A stretch of 64,000 bases of DNA. Origin: Acidobacteriota bacterium. Lineage in GTDB: Bacteria; Acidobacteriota; UBA6911; RPQK01; JAJDTT01. The notes beneath the pieces are model-generated. The model did not search any database, was not told the origin of the DNA, and saw only the letters and a list, made by a program, of their open reading frames with translations. This document shows, in pieces, positions 26,535 to 37,676 of this stretch (positions are counted from its first letter, which is position 1; the number at the start of each line of letters is the position of its first letter). The stretch is from contig OZ253580.1 of the NCBI GenBank assembly GCA_965263035.1, positions 5,344,001-5,408,000 of the forward strand. Reading direction: 5' to 3'. The position numbers and the translations under genes were made by a program.

Positions 26535-27872
26535 ATGCCTCGAAAAACCTTGGTGATTATTTTTCTGCTCCTGTCCACTTCCTGGGCGGAGGACCGGAAA
26601 TCGGGAGAGGCGGTCAGATACTGGCCTCAATGGAGAGGGCCGCTGGGGACCGGCGTCGCGCCTGAGGCGGATCCTCCGGTGCACTGGAGCGAATCCAGGA
26701 ACCTTCTATGGAAGAAGGTCCTGCCGGGACTCGGGCACTCGACCCCCATTCTCTGGGGCCATCGGATATTCGTGACCGCAGCGGTCCCAACGGGCGATGC
26801 GCTGAAGCCCGTCTATGACGACGCACCCGGCTCCCACGGCAACCTTCCGGTCACCCACCGGCAGCGATTCGTGGTTCTGGCTCTCGACCGAGGCAGCGGG
26901 AAAGTCCTCTGGGAACGGACCGTACACACCCGCCTACCCCACGAAGGTGGGCACTACACCTCCAGTCTGGCCTCGGCCTCTCCGATCACCGACGGCGAGC
27001 ACCTTCTGGCTTACTTCGGCTCCCAGGGGATCTACTGTTTCAGTCTGGAGGGTGAGCTGCAGTGGGAAAAGCAGATGGGGACCATGCGGACCAAACACGG
27101 ACACGGAGAAGGGAGCTCTCCGGTCCTGTACGGGGAGACGCTGGTCATCAACTGGGACCACGAGGGTCAATCTTTCGTCGTCGCGCTGGACAAGAGAACC
27201 GGGAAGGAACTTTGGAAGATCCCCAGGAAAGAGGTGACCTCTTGGGCGACCCCCATAGCCGTCGAGCAGGACGGAGTGGCTCAGGTCATCGTCGCCGGTA
27301 CGAGCCGGGTCCGCGGATACCACCTGGGAACGGGCGAAGTGATCTGGGAATGTGGCGGGCTGGCGGCCAATATCGTGGCCTCTCCTGTGGCAGAAGATGG
27401 AATGGCGTTTGTGGGCAGCAGCTACGACAAGAGGGTTCTGCTCGCGATCCGTCTGTCCGGTGCGCGGGGAGACATCACGGGGACGGACCGGGTGCCGTGG
27501 ACCCGGAGACGCACCACACCGTACGTTCCTTCGCCCCTGCTGTATGACGGCGTCCTCTATTTCCTGGCGCACTACCAGAGCGTTTTGACCCGGGTTGACG
27601 CCCGGACCGGCCAGGAGCGGCCCGGACCCTTGCGTCTTCCCGGCATCGGCAACGTCTACGCCTCTCCAGTGGCCGCGGCAGAACGGATCTACGTCACGGA
27701 CCTCAGTGGGGCCACCCTGGTCCTGAGTCATTCCGAGACTCCGGAGGCGCTCGCGGTCAACCGGCTGGAAGACAGCTTCAGTGCTTCGGCGGCGCTGGCC
27801 GGCCGGCAACTGTATCTGCGGGGAGAAAAGAACCTCTACGCTATCGGACCCGCTCCCGTAACTGCCCCTTGA
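26535..27872 (+). CDS. PQQ-binding-like beta-propeller repeat protein (exported)
   Basis: WPQWRGP, repeated SP(I/V) and LD..TG..LW motifs, YVPSP. Confidence 0.9.
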   Translation: MPRKTLVIIFLLLSTSWAEDRKSGEAVRYWPQWRGPLGTGVAPEADPPVHWSESRNLLWKKVLPGLGHSTPILWGHRIFVTAAVPTGDALKPVYDDAPGSHGNLPVTHRQRFVVLALDRGSGKVLWERTVHTRLPHEGGHYTSSLASASPITDGEHLLAYFGSQGIYCFSLEGELQWEKQMGTMRTKHGHGEGSSPVLYGETLVINWDHEGQSFVVALDKRTGKELWKIPRKEVTSWATPIAVEQDGVAQVIVAGTSRVRGYHLGTGEVIWECGGLAANIVASPVAEDGMAFVGSSYDKRVLLAIRLSGARGDITGTDRVPWTRRRTTPYVPSPLLYDGVLYFLAHYQSVLTRVDARTGQERPGPLRLPGIGNVYASPVAAAERIYVTDLSGATLVLSHSETPEALAVNRLEDSFSASAALAGRQLYLRGEKNLYAIGPAPVTAP

Positions 27873-28047
27873 AGACCTCTCCAATTCACGGCAAGCGCTC
27901 TGCCGGATCGGAATCCAATCGGACCTCCACGGGCGATGTTGTCCTTTGGACAGCAGGGCGAACTCGCAGTTCCGGCCGAGAATTGGCGGAGTGCCGCGAG
28001 CTTCGGCTACACTGGCGGCCCACAAATCTCCAATCATCCGGAAGACC

Positions 28048-29322
28048 GTGAAGCCGTTTCGTTTCGTACACGCCGCTGATTTGCACCTCGACAGCCCTTT
28101 CACCGGCTTGAAGTCCAGTGTGCCGGAGCATGTTGCCACGAGCCTTCGGCAGGCGACCTTCAATGCCTATGACAACATCGTCGATCTCTGCGTCTCGGAA
28201 CGGGTGGACGCGCTTCTCATCGCGGGAGACGTCTACGACGGCGCCGACCGCAGCCTGCGGGCGCAGCGCCGGTTCATCGACGGTCTCGACAGGCTCCACC
28301 AAGCCGGTATCCGTTCGTTCGTCTGCCATGGCAATCACGATCCCCTGGACGGTTGGGAGGCACGACTGGCGTATCCCCCGAGCTGTCATCGGTTCGGGTC
28401 CGAGTTCCAGGCAGTTCCGGTCTTCGAGGACGATCCCGGGGCCGCCGTCGTGCACGGTGTGAGTTACCCGACCCGCAATGTCCGAAGGAACCTGGTCCGC
28501 CGGCTGGGCCAAGTGGATTCCCGATCCTTCAACCTCGGTCTGCTTCACGCCAACGTGGACAACGATTCGAACCACAGGGCGTATGCTCCCTGCTCCCTGA
28601 GCGACCTGGTGGAGACGGGAGTCGACTACTGGGCCCTGGGACATGTCCACACTCGACGGGTGCTGAATCTACAGAGCCCGACCGTCGTCTACCCGGGAAA
28701 CCCACAGGGTCGGCACCTGAATGAAACCGGGCCCCGCGGAGTTTATCTGGTCATGGTCGACGAATCGGGTCGGACCGAACTCGATTTTCGGCCCGTGGAC
28801 ACCGTTCGCTGGGAGCGGATGATTCTCGATATCGCCGGGACCAAAACGGAACAGAATCTGTTGGATGAGCTGCACCGGCGTATCGGCGAAGCTCTCGAGC
28901 ACGGAGAGGGCCGTTCGCTGGTGATGCGGATGACTCTGTCCGGACGAGGAGAGCTGCACCGTTTCCTGCGTCAACCCGGCTCCGTCGACGACTTGGCGGA
29001 TGAATTGAATCGGGCCTCGGCCAACCTGCACCCCTTCGCCTGGTGTGAGCGGATCGAAGACCGCACGGCAGGGCCGTTCGATCGGAGGGAGCGCCTTCAG
29101 GGATCCGATTTCGTGGCGGATCTGCTCCGTCTCTGCGACGAATCGAAGCAGGATCCCGAGCTGCTGGAAAAGCTTCGGGAAAGCCTCTCCGACCTCTTTC
29201 ATCATTGGAAGTACAGACGGTACTTGAAGGACGCGATTCCGGACGATCCCGCCCTGTGCTCGCTTTTGGACGAGGCCGAATCCCTGGCCTTGAACCTGCT
29301 GATCGAGGACGATTCGTCGTGA
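28048..29322 (+). CDS. SbcD/Mre11-family DNA repair exonuclease (YhaO-like)
   Basis: HAADLHLDSP, AGDVYD, GNHD, ALGHVH and YPGNPQGR. Confidence 0.9.
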   Translation: MKPFRFVHAADLHLDSPFTGLKSSVPEHVATSLRQATFNAYDNIVDLCVSERVDALLIAGDVYDGADRSLRAQRRFIDGLDRLHQAGIRSFVCHGNHDPLDGWEARLAYPPSCHRFGSEFQAVPVFEDDPGAAVVHGVSYPTRNVRRNLVRRLGQVDSRSFNLGLLHANVDNDSNHRAYAPCSLSDLVETGVDYWALGHVHTRRVLNLQSPTVVYPGNPQGRHLNETGPRGVYLVMVDESGRTELDFRPVDTVRWERMILDIAGTKTEQNLLDELHRRIGEALEHGEGRSLVMRMTLSGRGELHRFLRQPGSVDDLADELNRASANLHPFAWCERIEDRTAGPFDRRERLQGSDFVADLLRLCDESKQDPELLEKLRESLSDLFHHWKYRRYLKDAIPDDPALCSLLDEAESLALNLLIEDDSS

Positions 29323-32300
29323 GAATTCAGGGGCTCCAGGTCGAAGGTTTCGGCCCATTCGCCGACCACGCCGTCGGGCCTCTCGAAAATCCCGTCACGC
29401 TGATCTACGGTCCCAACGAGGCGGGGAAGAGCACTTACCTGGCATTCATCCGCACCATCCTCTTCGGGTTTCCCCGTCGCCTCGGACACCAGCATTACCC
29501 GCCGCTGTCGGGTGGCCGCCACGGTGGACGAATCGACCTTGTCAGCGGCGATGGCAGTCGCTACTCGGTGCATCGAATCCAAGGCCGAGGTGCCGGCCGC
29601 GTCACTACCACAGGCGCCGGCGGAGAAAATCTCGACGAGAGATTTCTGGCCCAACTTCTGGGACACCACAGCCGCGACGTCTTCGAGAGTGTCTTCGCTT
29701 TCACTCTCGAAGAACTACACAGCGGCGACCTGCTGGGGAAATCGAGCGTAAACCGCCAGATCTACAGTGCCGGCATGGGAGTCACGAAGCTCCCGGCGGT
29801 GATGAGGACGCTCCAGGCGGAGCGGGAAGCTCTGTTCCGCAAGGGGGGGAGCGTCAACCGGATCGCCCGTACGGCCCGAAAATTGGACGAGATCGAGGCG
29901 AGGCTCCGAGGCATCGTGACCAACGCCGCAGAGTACGGTCGCCTCACGACACGTCTCCAAGAGGTCGAGGCCAGACTGGAGGCCCTGAATCAGATCCGCC
30001 GGCACGGCCAGAATCGGCTCGACCGCCGTCGCCAGCTTCAGGATGCCTGGGAAGATTGGAATGACCTGATCACTATCGAGAGGCAGTTGTCCGAACTTCC
30101 GGTGATAGACGGCTTCCCAGCCGACGGCATACGCCGGCTGGAGGCCTTGGAGGAGCGGTTGAGGGGGGCAAGGCGGGAATACGATTCCGCCCGCACCAGC
30201 GTCGAGGAGGCCAAGGCAAAGACGACCGTCCGAATTGAGCATGATGGCATCGTCGACAGAACTGGCGAGATCCGGAACCTGGAGCGCCTGCGAGGGGCAT
30301 TCGACCAGTCGGTGCGAGATCTTCCCAAGCGCCGAGCGGAACTCGAGAACTACCAGAATGATCTGGCCAAGACGCTCCGGGAGTTGGGACCGGATTGGGA
30401 CGAACAGCGGCTGGACCACTTCGACCTCTCGCTGGCTGTCCGCGAGGAGATATCACGGCACGAGGAACGGCTGCGGCAGGCGCGGGAGGGGTTGGGGCGC
30501 AGCGAGTCGGCTTTGGAGCAGGCACAAGCCCGGCTGAACGAGGCGTCCCAATCGGTGGAAAGAGCGAAAGAGGAGTTGGAATCTGCGCCCAGGCCGAAGT
30601 ATGACGCAGCCGGAATCAGGCGGCGGCGAAATCAGATCCGAATGGCCAGAGTCCAGTTGGACCGGTATGCCCGAGAGGCCCAGCGTGCATCGGATCTGAA
30701 GCGGCAACTGGACGGTGTCTACCAGGCGGGTTCTCCAGAGGCAGGGAGCGACATGAAGTGGCTTCCCGTTCTGTGCGCTGCGTTCGGCATCGCCCTGGCC
30801 GTGGCCGGAACCATGGTCGGCGGGACGGTCATGGCCATGGGCATTGTCACGAGCTTGTTCGTGATCGGCTTGGCGGTCTACCTCCATGTCCGAAACCGTT
30901 CCGATTCCGCAATGGCGGAATCGCCGATTGCAGGTCCGATCCGCCGGTCGCTCGAAGTTGCGCGTCGGCGACTCGTGACCATACGATCCGAACTGGATGA
31001 GGCTGCCGCCGAGATGAACCTCCGGGGGATCAATGAGTCGATCGTCACCGGCGCCGAGGAGACGTTGGATGCGGAGAACTTGCGTCTCGTACAGTGGGAA
31101 CGGCTGCGGGACGTCTTGGAGCGGGGCATGGGGTCCCTGCAACGGCGAGCGGCCAGAAAAGACGAAATGGCCGAGAACGTCGAGCGGGCGTTGCGGCGGG
31201 TCGACTCCGCGAAGCAGGCGTGGGAGGCCTGGCTCGGAGAGCGCAGTTTGCGGACGAGCTTCAACCCGGAGGCCATGGGCGAGCTTCGAGGGCAGGTCGA
31301 ACTGGGAAGAAACCAATTCTCCGAGATTCGAAACTGGCGCCAACGGATCACGGCGATTCAAGAAGATATCGATTCCTACACGGCGATGGTGGCGTCGCTG
31401 GCTTCGTCCTTCGATGTCGAATTCGATACCGGTGATGGACAAGCGGTCGCCGCCGCGGCCGACTCTTTGAGCGATCTGCATGAACGGGTGGCGCAAAGGG
31501 TGAGGGATCGATCCAACGCAGCTGACGAGCTCCAGATGGCCGAGCGGGAGTTGCAGGAGCGGTACAAGCAACTGTCCGACGCCGAGGCCGAGATGGCTCG
31601 TCTTTTGCAGTCGGGCGGCGCCACGGACGCCGAGCACTTCAGGAGACGAGCCGAACGGTTCCGCCAGCGCACCGAACTCGGCCAGCGGCAGCGCGAGGTC
31701 GGGGGGCGGCTCCAGCGAATCAGTGGTCCGGGCGAGCATCAGCAATTGCTGGTGGAGAGACTCGAAAACACGGACCTTCAGTCGATCCTCGCCCGTATCA
31801 ACGAGGTGCGCGACGAACTCGGCGAAGCCGACGAAGAGATCCAGGCCCTCTCCACCGAACGCGGCGGTATCCGTAGCGATCTGGACCGGCTCATCGGAGA
31901 GGAAGAGTCATCAGGATGGCGAATGGAACGTCATCTGCTCCTGGAACAGATCGGGGGTCATGCCCGGGATTGGGTGATTCGCACGCTGGTCCACCGGCTG
32001 TTGGAAACGGCCCAGAACAAGTTCGAGAGGGAACGGCAGCCTGGCGTCGTTCGTCACGCCGAACGATTTTTCGAGCGGATCACCGGGGGCCGATACCCAC
32101 AGGTGTACGCCCCCCTGGGAGAACGGACGATCATCGTCACCGACGATACCGGTCGCCGGAAGTCGCCGGACGAGTTGAGCCGGGGAACCCGGGAGCAGTT
32201 GTTCCTGTCGTTGCGTTTCGGACTGATCCGGGAACTGGGCCAGCGGACGGAACCGTTGCCCGTGGTCGTGGACGAGGTCCTGGTGAATTTCGATCCGGAC

Positions 32301-32441
32301 CGTGCATTGCGGGCGGCCCGCGCCTTTGTTGAGTTGTCTCGGACCAACCAGGTCCTGGTCTTTACCTGTCACCCGACGGTGGTTGAATTATTCCAAGAGG
32401 CAGCGGGAGAGAAGAGCCCGGATTTGATCCGCGTTGGGTAG
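29319..32441 (+). CDS. YhaN-like SMC/AAA_27 ATPase with internal TM hairpin
   Basis: GPNEAGKST, long coiled coils, LSRGTREQ, VVVDEVLVNFD and FTCH. Confidence 0.9.
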   Translation: MRIQGLQVEGFGPFADHAVGPLENPVTLIYGPNEAGKSTYLAFIRTILFGFPRRLGHQHYPPLSGGRHGGRIDLVSGDGSRYSVHRIQGRGAGRVTTTGAGGENLDERFLAQLLGHHSRDVFESVFAFTLEELHSGDLLGKSSVNRQIYSAGMGVTKLPAVMRTLQAEREALFRKGGSVNRIARTARKLDEIEARLRGIVTNAAEYGRLTTRLQEVEARLEALNQIRRHGQNRLDRRRQLQDAWEDWNDLITIERQLSELPVIDGFPADGIRRLEALEERLRGARREYDSARTSVEEAKAKTTVRIEHDGIVDRTGEIRNLERLRGAFDQSVRDLPKRRAELENYQNDLAKTLRELGPDWDEQRLDHFDLSLAVREEISRHEERLRQAREGLGRSESALEQAQARLNEASQSVERAKEELESAPRPKYDAAGIRRRRNQIRMARVQLDRYAREAQRASDLKRQLDGVYQAGSPEAGSDMKWLPVLCAAFGIALAVAGTMVGGTVMAMGIVTSLFVIGLAVYLHVRNRSDSAMAESPIAGPIRRSLEVARRRLVTIRSELDEAAAEMNLRGINESIVTGAEETLDAENLRLVQWERLRDVLERGMGSLQRRAARKDEMAENVERALRRVDSAKQAWEAWLGERSLRTSFNPEAMGELRGQVELGRNQFSEIRNWRQRITAIQEDIDSYTAMVASLASSFDVEFDTGDGQAVAAAADSLSDLHERVAQRVRDRSNAADELQMAERELQERYKQLSDAEAEMARLLQSGGATDAEHFRRRAERFRQRTELGQRQREVGGRLQRISGPGEHQQLLVERLENTDLQSILARINEVRDELGEADEEIQALSTERGGIRSDLDRLIGEEESSGWRMERHLLLEQIGGHARDWVIRTLVHRLLETAQNKFERERQPGVVRHAERFFERITGGRYPQVYAPLGERTIIVTDDTGRRKSPDELSRGTREQLFLSLRFGLIRELGQRTEPLPVVVDEVLVNFDPDRALRAARAFVELSRTNQVLVFTCHPTVVELFQEAAGEKSPDLIRVG

Positions 32442-32687
32442 ATTCCGGTCAAGTTTCCACGAAGGTTGGACAAGACCAGTTTCGGCAATCAGTAGAGGGT
32501 ACCGGAAATGCTCATTAAACCCGTCCCCCTTGCATCGGCTTGGCGTACGACTCACACCGCTGTTTCTGGCCGCATGCTGTTGTTTCGGGAGGTATTGGTT
32601 CAGGAAGGGGGAAGCGCCCGGCAGGAGCTCGGTGGCAAGTGGCTCACGGACACGGACGTAAGCATTCGGATAGGGGAAAAAACATAG

Positions 32688-32885
32688 TTGACACTGGGCG
32701 TTCACAACCTGTTCAATGTCGTTCCCGACGAGAACACGGTTGGACAGTCGCGGAGTGGGCGACTCGAAGATTCCGCTGGTAATATGATCATCGACTCGCC
32801 GGGTATCTTCGTCTTCTCGCGCCGGTCTACCCCGTTCGGCCTCAACGGTGGATTTCTCTACGCTCGCTATAGTGTTCGATGGTAA
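32688..32885 (+). pseudogene. TonB-dependent receptor extreme C-terminal remnant
   Basis: LTLGVHNLFN..PD and PFGLNGGFLYARYSVRW; no upstream coding body. Confidence 0.65.
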
Positions 32886-32923
32886 CCAATTGCAGATGTG
32901 AACGTGGAACGGAGTTGAAGCAG

Positions 32924-33757
32924 ATGAAGAAGAAGATCGTATCTCTCGCCATTTTCGTGTTCGGTTTCCAGGGAATGGCAGCAGCCCAGGATTCCATCTA
33001 TTCGGCATCCGGAGACCTCGTCTTCGCCACCAAGTACATTTGGCGCGGGCTGCGAGCGACCAATGACTGGAGCCTGCAGCCGGCGATGACCCTGGGAATC
33101 GGCGGCTTCTCGGCCAATGTCTGGGGGACGATGGACTTGACCGCCGTAAACCCGGGCGATTCCTTGCCGATCCAGCCTGGTGACGGCCTGAAGGGAAAGT
33201 TTTCCGAGGTCAATTACGTCTTTTCCTACGATCATTCTTTTGAAGGCGCTACGGTCAGCGCCGGCACCATAATCTATGCCTTTCCCGATCGGTCGGATTC
33301 GCTGCCTTCCACCACCGAGATCTACGGGGGAGTGAGCCTGGATTCCGCGCCTCTGGCTCCTTCGTTCACCCTCCATGTGGATCTGGACGAGAGCCAAGCC
33401 GGCGGTGGAAGCGCCGGAATGTACTTTCTAATCGCAGCCGGGCACAGTTTCCCCCTCCAGCACGACGTCCTGACCAGTTTCGACCTGTCCGCCACCGTAG
33501 CGCTGGTAAACGCCGGATACACCGATTTCTTTTATGGTGTCAGTGCCGGCGGATTCCACGATGCCAGCCTCACGGCGACCCTTCCCATCACCATCAACGA
33601 CAACTGGTCCGCCGGGTTCTTCGTTACCTATAGTGCCCTCCTGGGCCAGCAGATTCGCGACAGCCAGCTTCAGGATCCGCGGGAACCGCCCAAACCCACC
33701 GGCGCCGATCTGGCGGACACGCTCTGGGGTGGCTTTAGCCTGAGCGTCTCTTTCTAG
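32924..33757 (+). CDS. Outer-membrane beta-barrel protein (TorF/TIGR02001-like)
   Basis: Signal peptide, TKYIWRG, LQP and terminal LSVSF. Confidence 0.7.
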   Translation: MKKKIVSLAIFVFGFQGMAAAQDSIYSASGDLVFATKYIWRGLRATNDWSLQPAMTLGIGGFSANVWGTMDLTAVNPGDSLPIQPGDGLKGKFSEVNYVFSYDHSFEGATVSAGTIIYAFPDRSDSLPSTTEIYGGVSLDSAPLAPSFTLHVDLDESQAGGGSAGMYFLIAAGHSFPLQHDVLTSFDLSATVALVNAGYTDFFYGVSAGGFHDASLTATLPITINDNWSAGFFVTYSALLGQQIRDSQLQDPREPPKPTGADLADTLWGGFSLSVSF

Positions 33758-33778
33758 CCGTTCGGTATCGAGCCGAAT

Positions 33779-34654
33779 TTGATTTCAATGCAGTCGTCAG
33801 CGGTAGATCTGTGCGCCTTCAGGGGTCTCCTGGGAGGTGTGCTTCTCTTGCTGGCGATGGGAGAATCCGCGGCGCAATCACGCCCATCTCAATGGTACGT
33901 GGGCGGCGGGGCCGGGGTGAACTGGCCGTCCAGGATGGAGCAGGAAGGGCACAATCTGGATACCACCTGCTATCCGGACGAGGACTGCGGTCTCTTGCCC
34001 GGCGGGGGACCGCCCGGGTATCGATGGCGCTACGATGTCGAAGGAAAGAGGGGAACAGCGTACGAGTTTTCCGTCGGCCGCATGTTCAGCCACCTCCGGG
34101 TGGAACTTTCGGTCACCCAGCAGAAGAACGACCTCGAATCGGACTTTTCCGGGATCAGCTACGTGGACGGGTCACCCATCCTCTCCATCGAAACCGACCT
34201 TCAGGCGGAAGGAAGTGCCTCGGTCGGGGATCTGATCGCCCGCACGCTGTCGTTGAACCTCTACTATGACTTCCCGATGGCGTCGAATCACGTTACTCCT
34301 TATGTCGGCGCCGGACTGGGGGTTTCCTTTGTCGAAGTGACCGATCTTTTTTACGAGAGCTCCTATAGCGGTCCCGGCGGCCCCTACGACCCGCCGTTGG
34401 AGTTTTACTCCGGTCGGACCAACGAGGACCTGTCCGATCAGATTCTGGCGAAACACCTGTACGCCGGCGTCGACTTCGGATTGAGTGAAAGGACGTTGTT
34501 GGGCGTGAAGTTGTCCCACACTCGGATGGGGGACTTCGCGGCCACGGGGGGCTACGACCTCCATCCGATCCCGGGATTGACCAGCGAGACCCGCTTCAGC
34601 GGCATGGACCACTGGTTGCTGGGCCTCACCGTCAAGTTGTGGCTCGGCCGCTGA
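33779..34654 (+). CDS. Outer-membrane beta-barrel (opacity/OmpA-like)
   Basis: WYVGGGAG, LRVELS, NLYYDF and PYVGAGLG. Confidence 0.8.
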   Translation: MISMQSSAVDLCAFRGLLGGVLLLLAMGESAAQSRPSQWYVGGGAGVNWPSRMEQEGHNLDTTCYPDEDCGLLPGGGPPGYRWRYDVEGKRGTAYEFSVGRMFSHLRVELSVTQQKNDLESDFSGISYVDGSPILSIETDLQAEGSASVGDLIARTLSLNLYYDFPMASNHVTPYVGAGLGVSFVEVTDLFYESSYSGPGGPYDPPLEFYSGRTNEDLSDQILAKHLYAGVDFGLSERTLLGVKLSHTRMGDFAATGGYDLHPIPGLTSETRFSGMDHWLLGLTVKLWLGR

Positions 34655-34719
34655 TCCCCTCTTTCCGCTGGCCGGCAAACACCGATCTGGAATCAATCCG
34701 GGCCGTGCCAGACCCGTGG

Positions 34720-35532
34720 TCAGAGTTCCAGCTTGCCCTCGAAGACCATGTCCTTGAGCTTGAACTTCTTGGAGACCTTACGACCCATGAGCCGGGTGAT
34801 GAACTCGATGTTCTTTTCCTTCACGGTGATGGGGTTCGATGTGGGGCGGGGAAAGACGAAGATCATCTCGACGCCGGACTGGCCGGTTCGTGCGTTCAGA
34901 AGGTGAACCTGTTCCTTTCTCATCTGGACGGTATGGAGAGCAATGGGTTCGCGGCCCTTGACCTTGAGGAAAGTCTCGGACCTGAGCCGTTCGACCACCG
35001 CCTGCCGCCGATCGGGGGGAATCCTCGTCATGCGGGCGGGGACTCCGGAGATGCCGATGATGAAGTAGTTCTCTTCCGGAGCCAGGAGTTCGGCCAACCC
35101 GGCTGCCGTCTCGGCCTGATCGCCGAACTGGGCCCGGGCGAAGGCCTGCTTGATGGGCAGGGCACTGTACCATCGCAGCGTCAGAATCATCGCCGGGGGG
35201 AAACCTCTGGTTAAGCCACCACCTCCACGCCCTCGACCACCGCCCCGGCCACCGCCTCGACCACCGCCTCGACCACCGCCACCGGAACCAATGCCCCGTC
35301 CCGACCGGTTGGGCCCGTCCCGACGGCCCGTTCGCATGGTGGTCCCAGTGACTCCCCGGGGTCGCTGCAAGCTCACGGTCATCTCCTTCGCCCAGGGGGA
35401 TTTGTTGAGCATCCGCATCACTTCCTTCTCGGACCAGTCGGAGTACCCGGATTCCTTCCAGAATTTACGGGGCCAGACCGGGGTCGTGGTCAGCAACAGG
35501 ATGCAGGAGACAAGCAGGAACGGTTTCCTCAT
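34720..35532 (-). CDS. Exported hypothetical protein with GGGR repeats
   Basis: Signal peptide, W..WSEKEV..ML.KSPWA and KFKLKDM...GKLEL. Confidence 0.75.
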   Translation of the reverse strand: MRKPFLLVSCILLLTTTPVWPRKFWKESGYSDWSEKEVMRMLNKSPWAKEMTVSLQRPRGVTGTTMRTGRRDGPNRSGRGIGSGGGGRGGGRGGGRGGGRGRGGGGLTRGFPPAMILTLRWYSALPIKQAFARAQFGDQAETAAGLAELLAPEENYFIIGISGVPARMTRIPPDRRQAVVERLRSETFLKVKGREPIALHTVQMRKEQVHLLNARTGQSGVEMIFVFPRPTSNPITVKEKNIEFITRLMGRKVSKKFKLKDMVFEGKLEL

Positions 35533-35567
35533 GGGCGAACCTCGTTTCTCAGGCGACAGCTACGATT

Positions 35568-37661
35568 TCAGACCCCGTCCGGAACGATCTGGAAATCCTC
35601 AGCCAGACGGTGCTGCTGGGATTCGGCGAAGCGCACCTCCACCACGATTCGATACTTGCCGTGGCCGAGTTGTTGCAACGGAAGCCGTGCATTGACGCTG
35701 GCCGCACTTTCCAATCCCCCAGGAAGGGCCTTCCAAACTCCTTCGTATATGTTCGTCCCCCCGGCGTTCAGAATCAAGATCCTGTATTCCCCGCCACCGT
35801 TGTCGGCGGTTTCCACCTGACCGTGCACGTAGAGGGTCTCGTGCCGGTGGAAGCGACCGCCGACCCGAGGAATGATCACCCGGCTTCCAATTTCCAGGGG
35901 ATTGGCGATCTCGGTCACCTGCTTGCCCGTCTTGATCCGGTAGCGGGATTTAGACGCCGATTCCTCCAGCTTTCCTGCCAACACCAGGGAGCTGGACTGA
36001 ATTCTCCCGCGCGTCGGAAGGTCCAACCGATGGTCCATTTGGGACAAATGTCCCGACCGGTTGTCCCGGAGCAGCACCCGGAGCACATACTGACCCGGTC
36101 CCAGGACCAGAAGATTCTGGTAGACGAAGCGGGTGTCCTTCTCCCCCTCCTGGCGCCGGCGGATTTCCACTCGGTCCCGGAGCCCGGACCGGGCCACGTC
36201 CTTCAGGTCGCGCGCCAAGATGATCACCTCCAGGTTGAGCCGTCCTGATTCGTCGAAGGAGGGGAAATCGGCGCGATCGAACGCCGCCAGGATGGGAACC
36301 CGGTACTGCCCCGTGAAATCGGGGAAGTATTCCGCCGAGATCTCCAACGGGAATTCGATCTTGGGGGCGCCCTCCAGAACGACCTGAAGCAGCTTGAATT
36401 CCTTCTCCGGAGTGCTCAGAGCGGCGTACGGCTTATCCGCGTAGAAGCCTTGCCGGTAGGCGACACGGAGGTCCTGACCCCTGATCGCCACCTCGACTCT
36501 TCGAAAACGGCCGTCGCTGGGAGGCGTGGGAGCGTAGTAGCCCAGCAGGTAATAGTGGCTCGAATCTTCCTGGGCCTTGCGGAAGATCTTTCCCAGGTCG
36601 TTGTCGTCCAGGAGCACCGCACCGCCGGTTTCGGCCGCCAGCGTGATCAGTCCCTCGCGGGACTGACTGAGGCGAACCAACTGGTTGAGATCTCCTCGAC
36701 CCGTGAAGATGCCCTGTCCCCCTCCCGAGCGGTGGGCGCCACCCCCGGGAGAGAGGGCCACCAAGCCCCGGGCATCGACGGAATAGATGCTGATGTTGGC
36801 CCGATTGCAGAGATCCGTGGTCCAGCGGAGTTGGTCGTCGTTTTCGATTCCCCGGCTGGTGAGGCCGGCCGAGAAGTAGACCAGCGCCTTGCGGCCGGGG
36901 ACATCCCGGAAGGCGTCGGCGATGGCCTGGATGGCGCTGAGCTGGTGATTGCTCTCGAAGAGGGCGAACTCGGTTTCGTCCGCCAGAAACTCCCCGTCGG
37001 AAGCCGCCTCCGAATCCTCATCCGGCAATGAGACGCCGCTTTCCCGATCCTGTTGGGAGAGTCGTCCCAGAGCCCGGGACAGTTCCCCAGGATCGGAGGT
37101 GAAATCCACGAGAAGCTCCAATCCCTGATCGTACGCCAGCACCGCAACGGCATCTTGCGGAGTCAGTTGCCGGTCCAGAAATCGAAGCGCCGACTCCCGC
37201 ATCATCCGAGAGTCCTGGATGCTGGCGTTGGAGAAATTGAAGAGGAGGATCAGGTACCGTTTCTCAGGCGTCGACGGAAAACCGGCCTCGGGTCCGGAGG
37301 GTGAGGAAGGGCGGGGAGTCTCGGGCACGGTCCGGGGGACGGTGAGGCGCTCGCTGTCGAGCGGCAGGGAAACCTCTCGGAAATACCCGAGCTTCTGGCG
37401 GACTCCCTCCTCCAGAAGGGTGAAGTCCTCCACCTTCAGACCGCGGACCGGGCGGCCTGCCGAATCCCGGACCTGGACATCCACCAGAATCAGATTCGTC
37501 CGCACGCGGAAGCGGATGGGGGAGTCCTGGCTCCACAGGCAGTTCCAGGCCAAAACGCAGACCATGGCGGACAAGACCATCCGGGCCGGGACGCGGCCTG
37601 GGGGCGTACGCCGGCTCGGAAGATCCCTGTTTCCGGTTTTGGGGAATAGCTTTATGGACAC
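35568..37661 (-). CDS. Acidobacterial-type VWA-domain protein (TIGR03436-like)
   Basis: LVDVQVRD..GRPV.GL...DF.L.E.G..Q, PGRKALVYFS, YSVDARGL, LAAETGG and YYLLGYY. Confidence 0.85.
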   Translation of the reverse strand: MSIKLFPKTGNRDLPSRRTPPGRVPARMVLSAMVCVLAWNCLWSQDSPIRFRVRTNLILVDVQVRDSAGRPVRGLKVEDFTLLEEGVRQKLGYFREVSLPLDSERLTVPRTVPETPRPSSPSGPEAGFPSTPEKRYLILLFNFSNASIQDSRMMRESALRFLDRQLTPQDAVAVLAYDQGLELLVDFTSDPGELSRALGRLSQQDRESGVSLPDEDSEAASDGEFLADETEFALFESNHQLSAIQAIADAFRDVPGRKALVYFSAGLTSRGIENDDQLRWTTDLCNRANISIYSVDARGLVALSPGGGAHRSGGGQGIFTGRGDLNQLVRLSQSREGLITLAAETGGAVLLDDNDLGKIFRKAQEDSSHYYLLGYYAPTPPSDGRFRRVEVAIRGQDLRVAYRQGFYADKPYAALSTPEKEFKLLQVVLEGAPKIEFPLEISAEYFPDFTGQYRVPILAAFDRADFPSFDESGRLNLEVIILARDLKDVARSGLRDRVEIRRRQEGEKDTRFVYQNLLVLGPGQYVLRVLLRDNRSGHLSQMDHRLDLPTRGRIQSSSLVLAGKLEESASKSRYRIKTGKQVTEIANPLEIGSRVIIPRVGGRFHRHETLYVHGQVETADNGGGEYRILILNAGGTNIYEGVWKALPGGLESAASVNARLPLQQLGHGKYRIVVEVRFAESQQHRLAEDFQIVPDGV

Positions 37662-37676
37662 TTGGGGACCTTGACG

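Noticed and set aside
30453-31745. Long antisense or alternate-frame ORFs (e.g. 30453-31745, 46948-48297, 1043-2221, 26934-28163)
   Set aside because: Shadow ORFs expected in high-GC DNA opposite well-supported genes.
28048-32441. yhaO/yhaN pair as a novel defence system
   Set aside because: A widespread known pairing in which the internal TM segments are typical; no defence context here.
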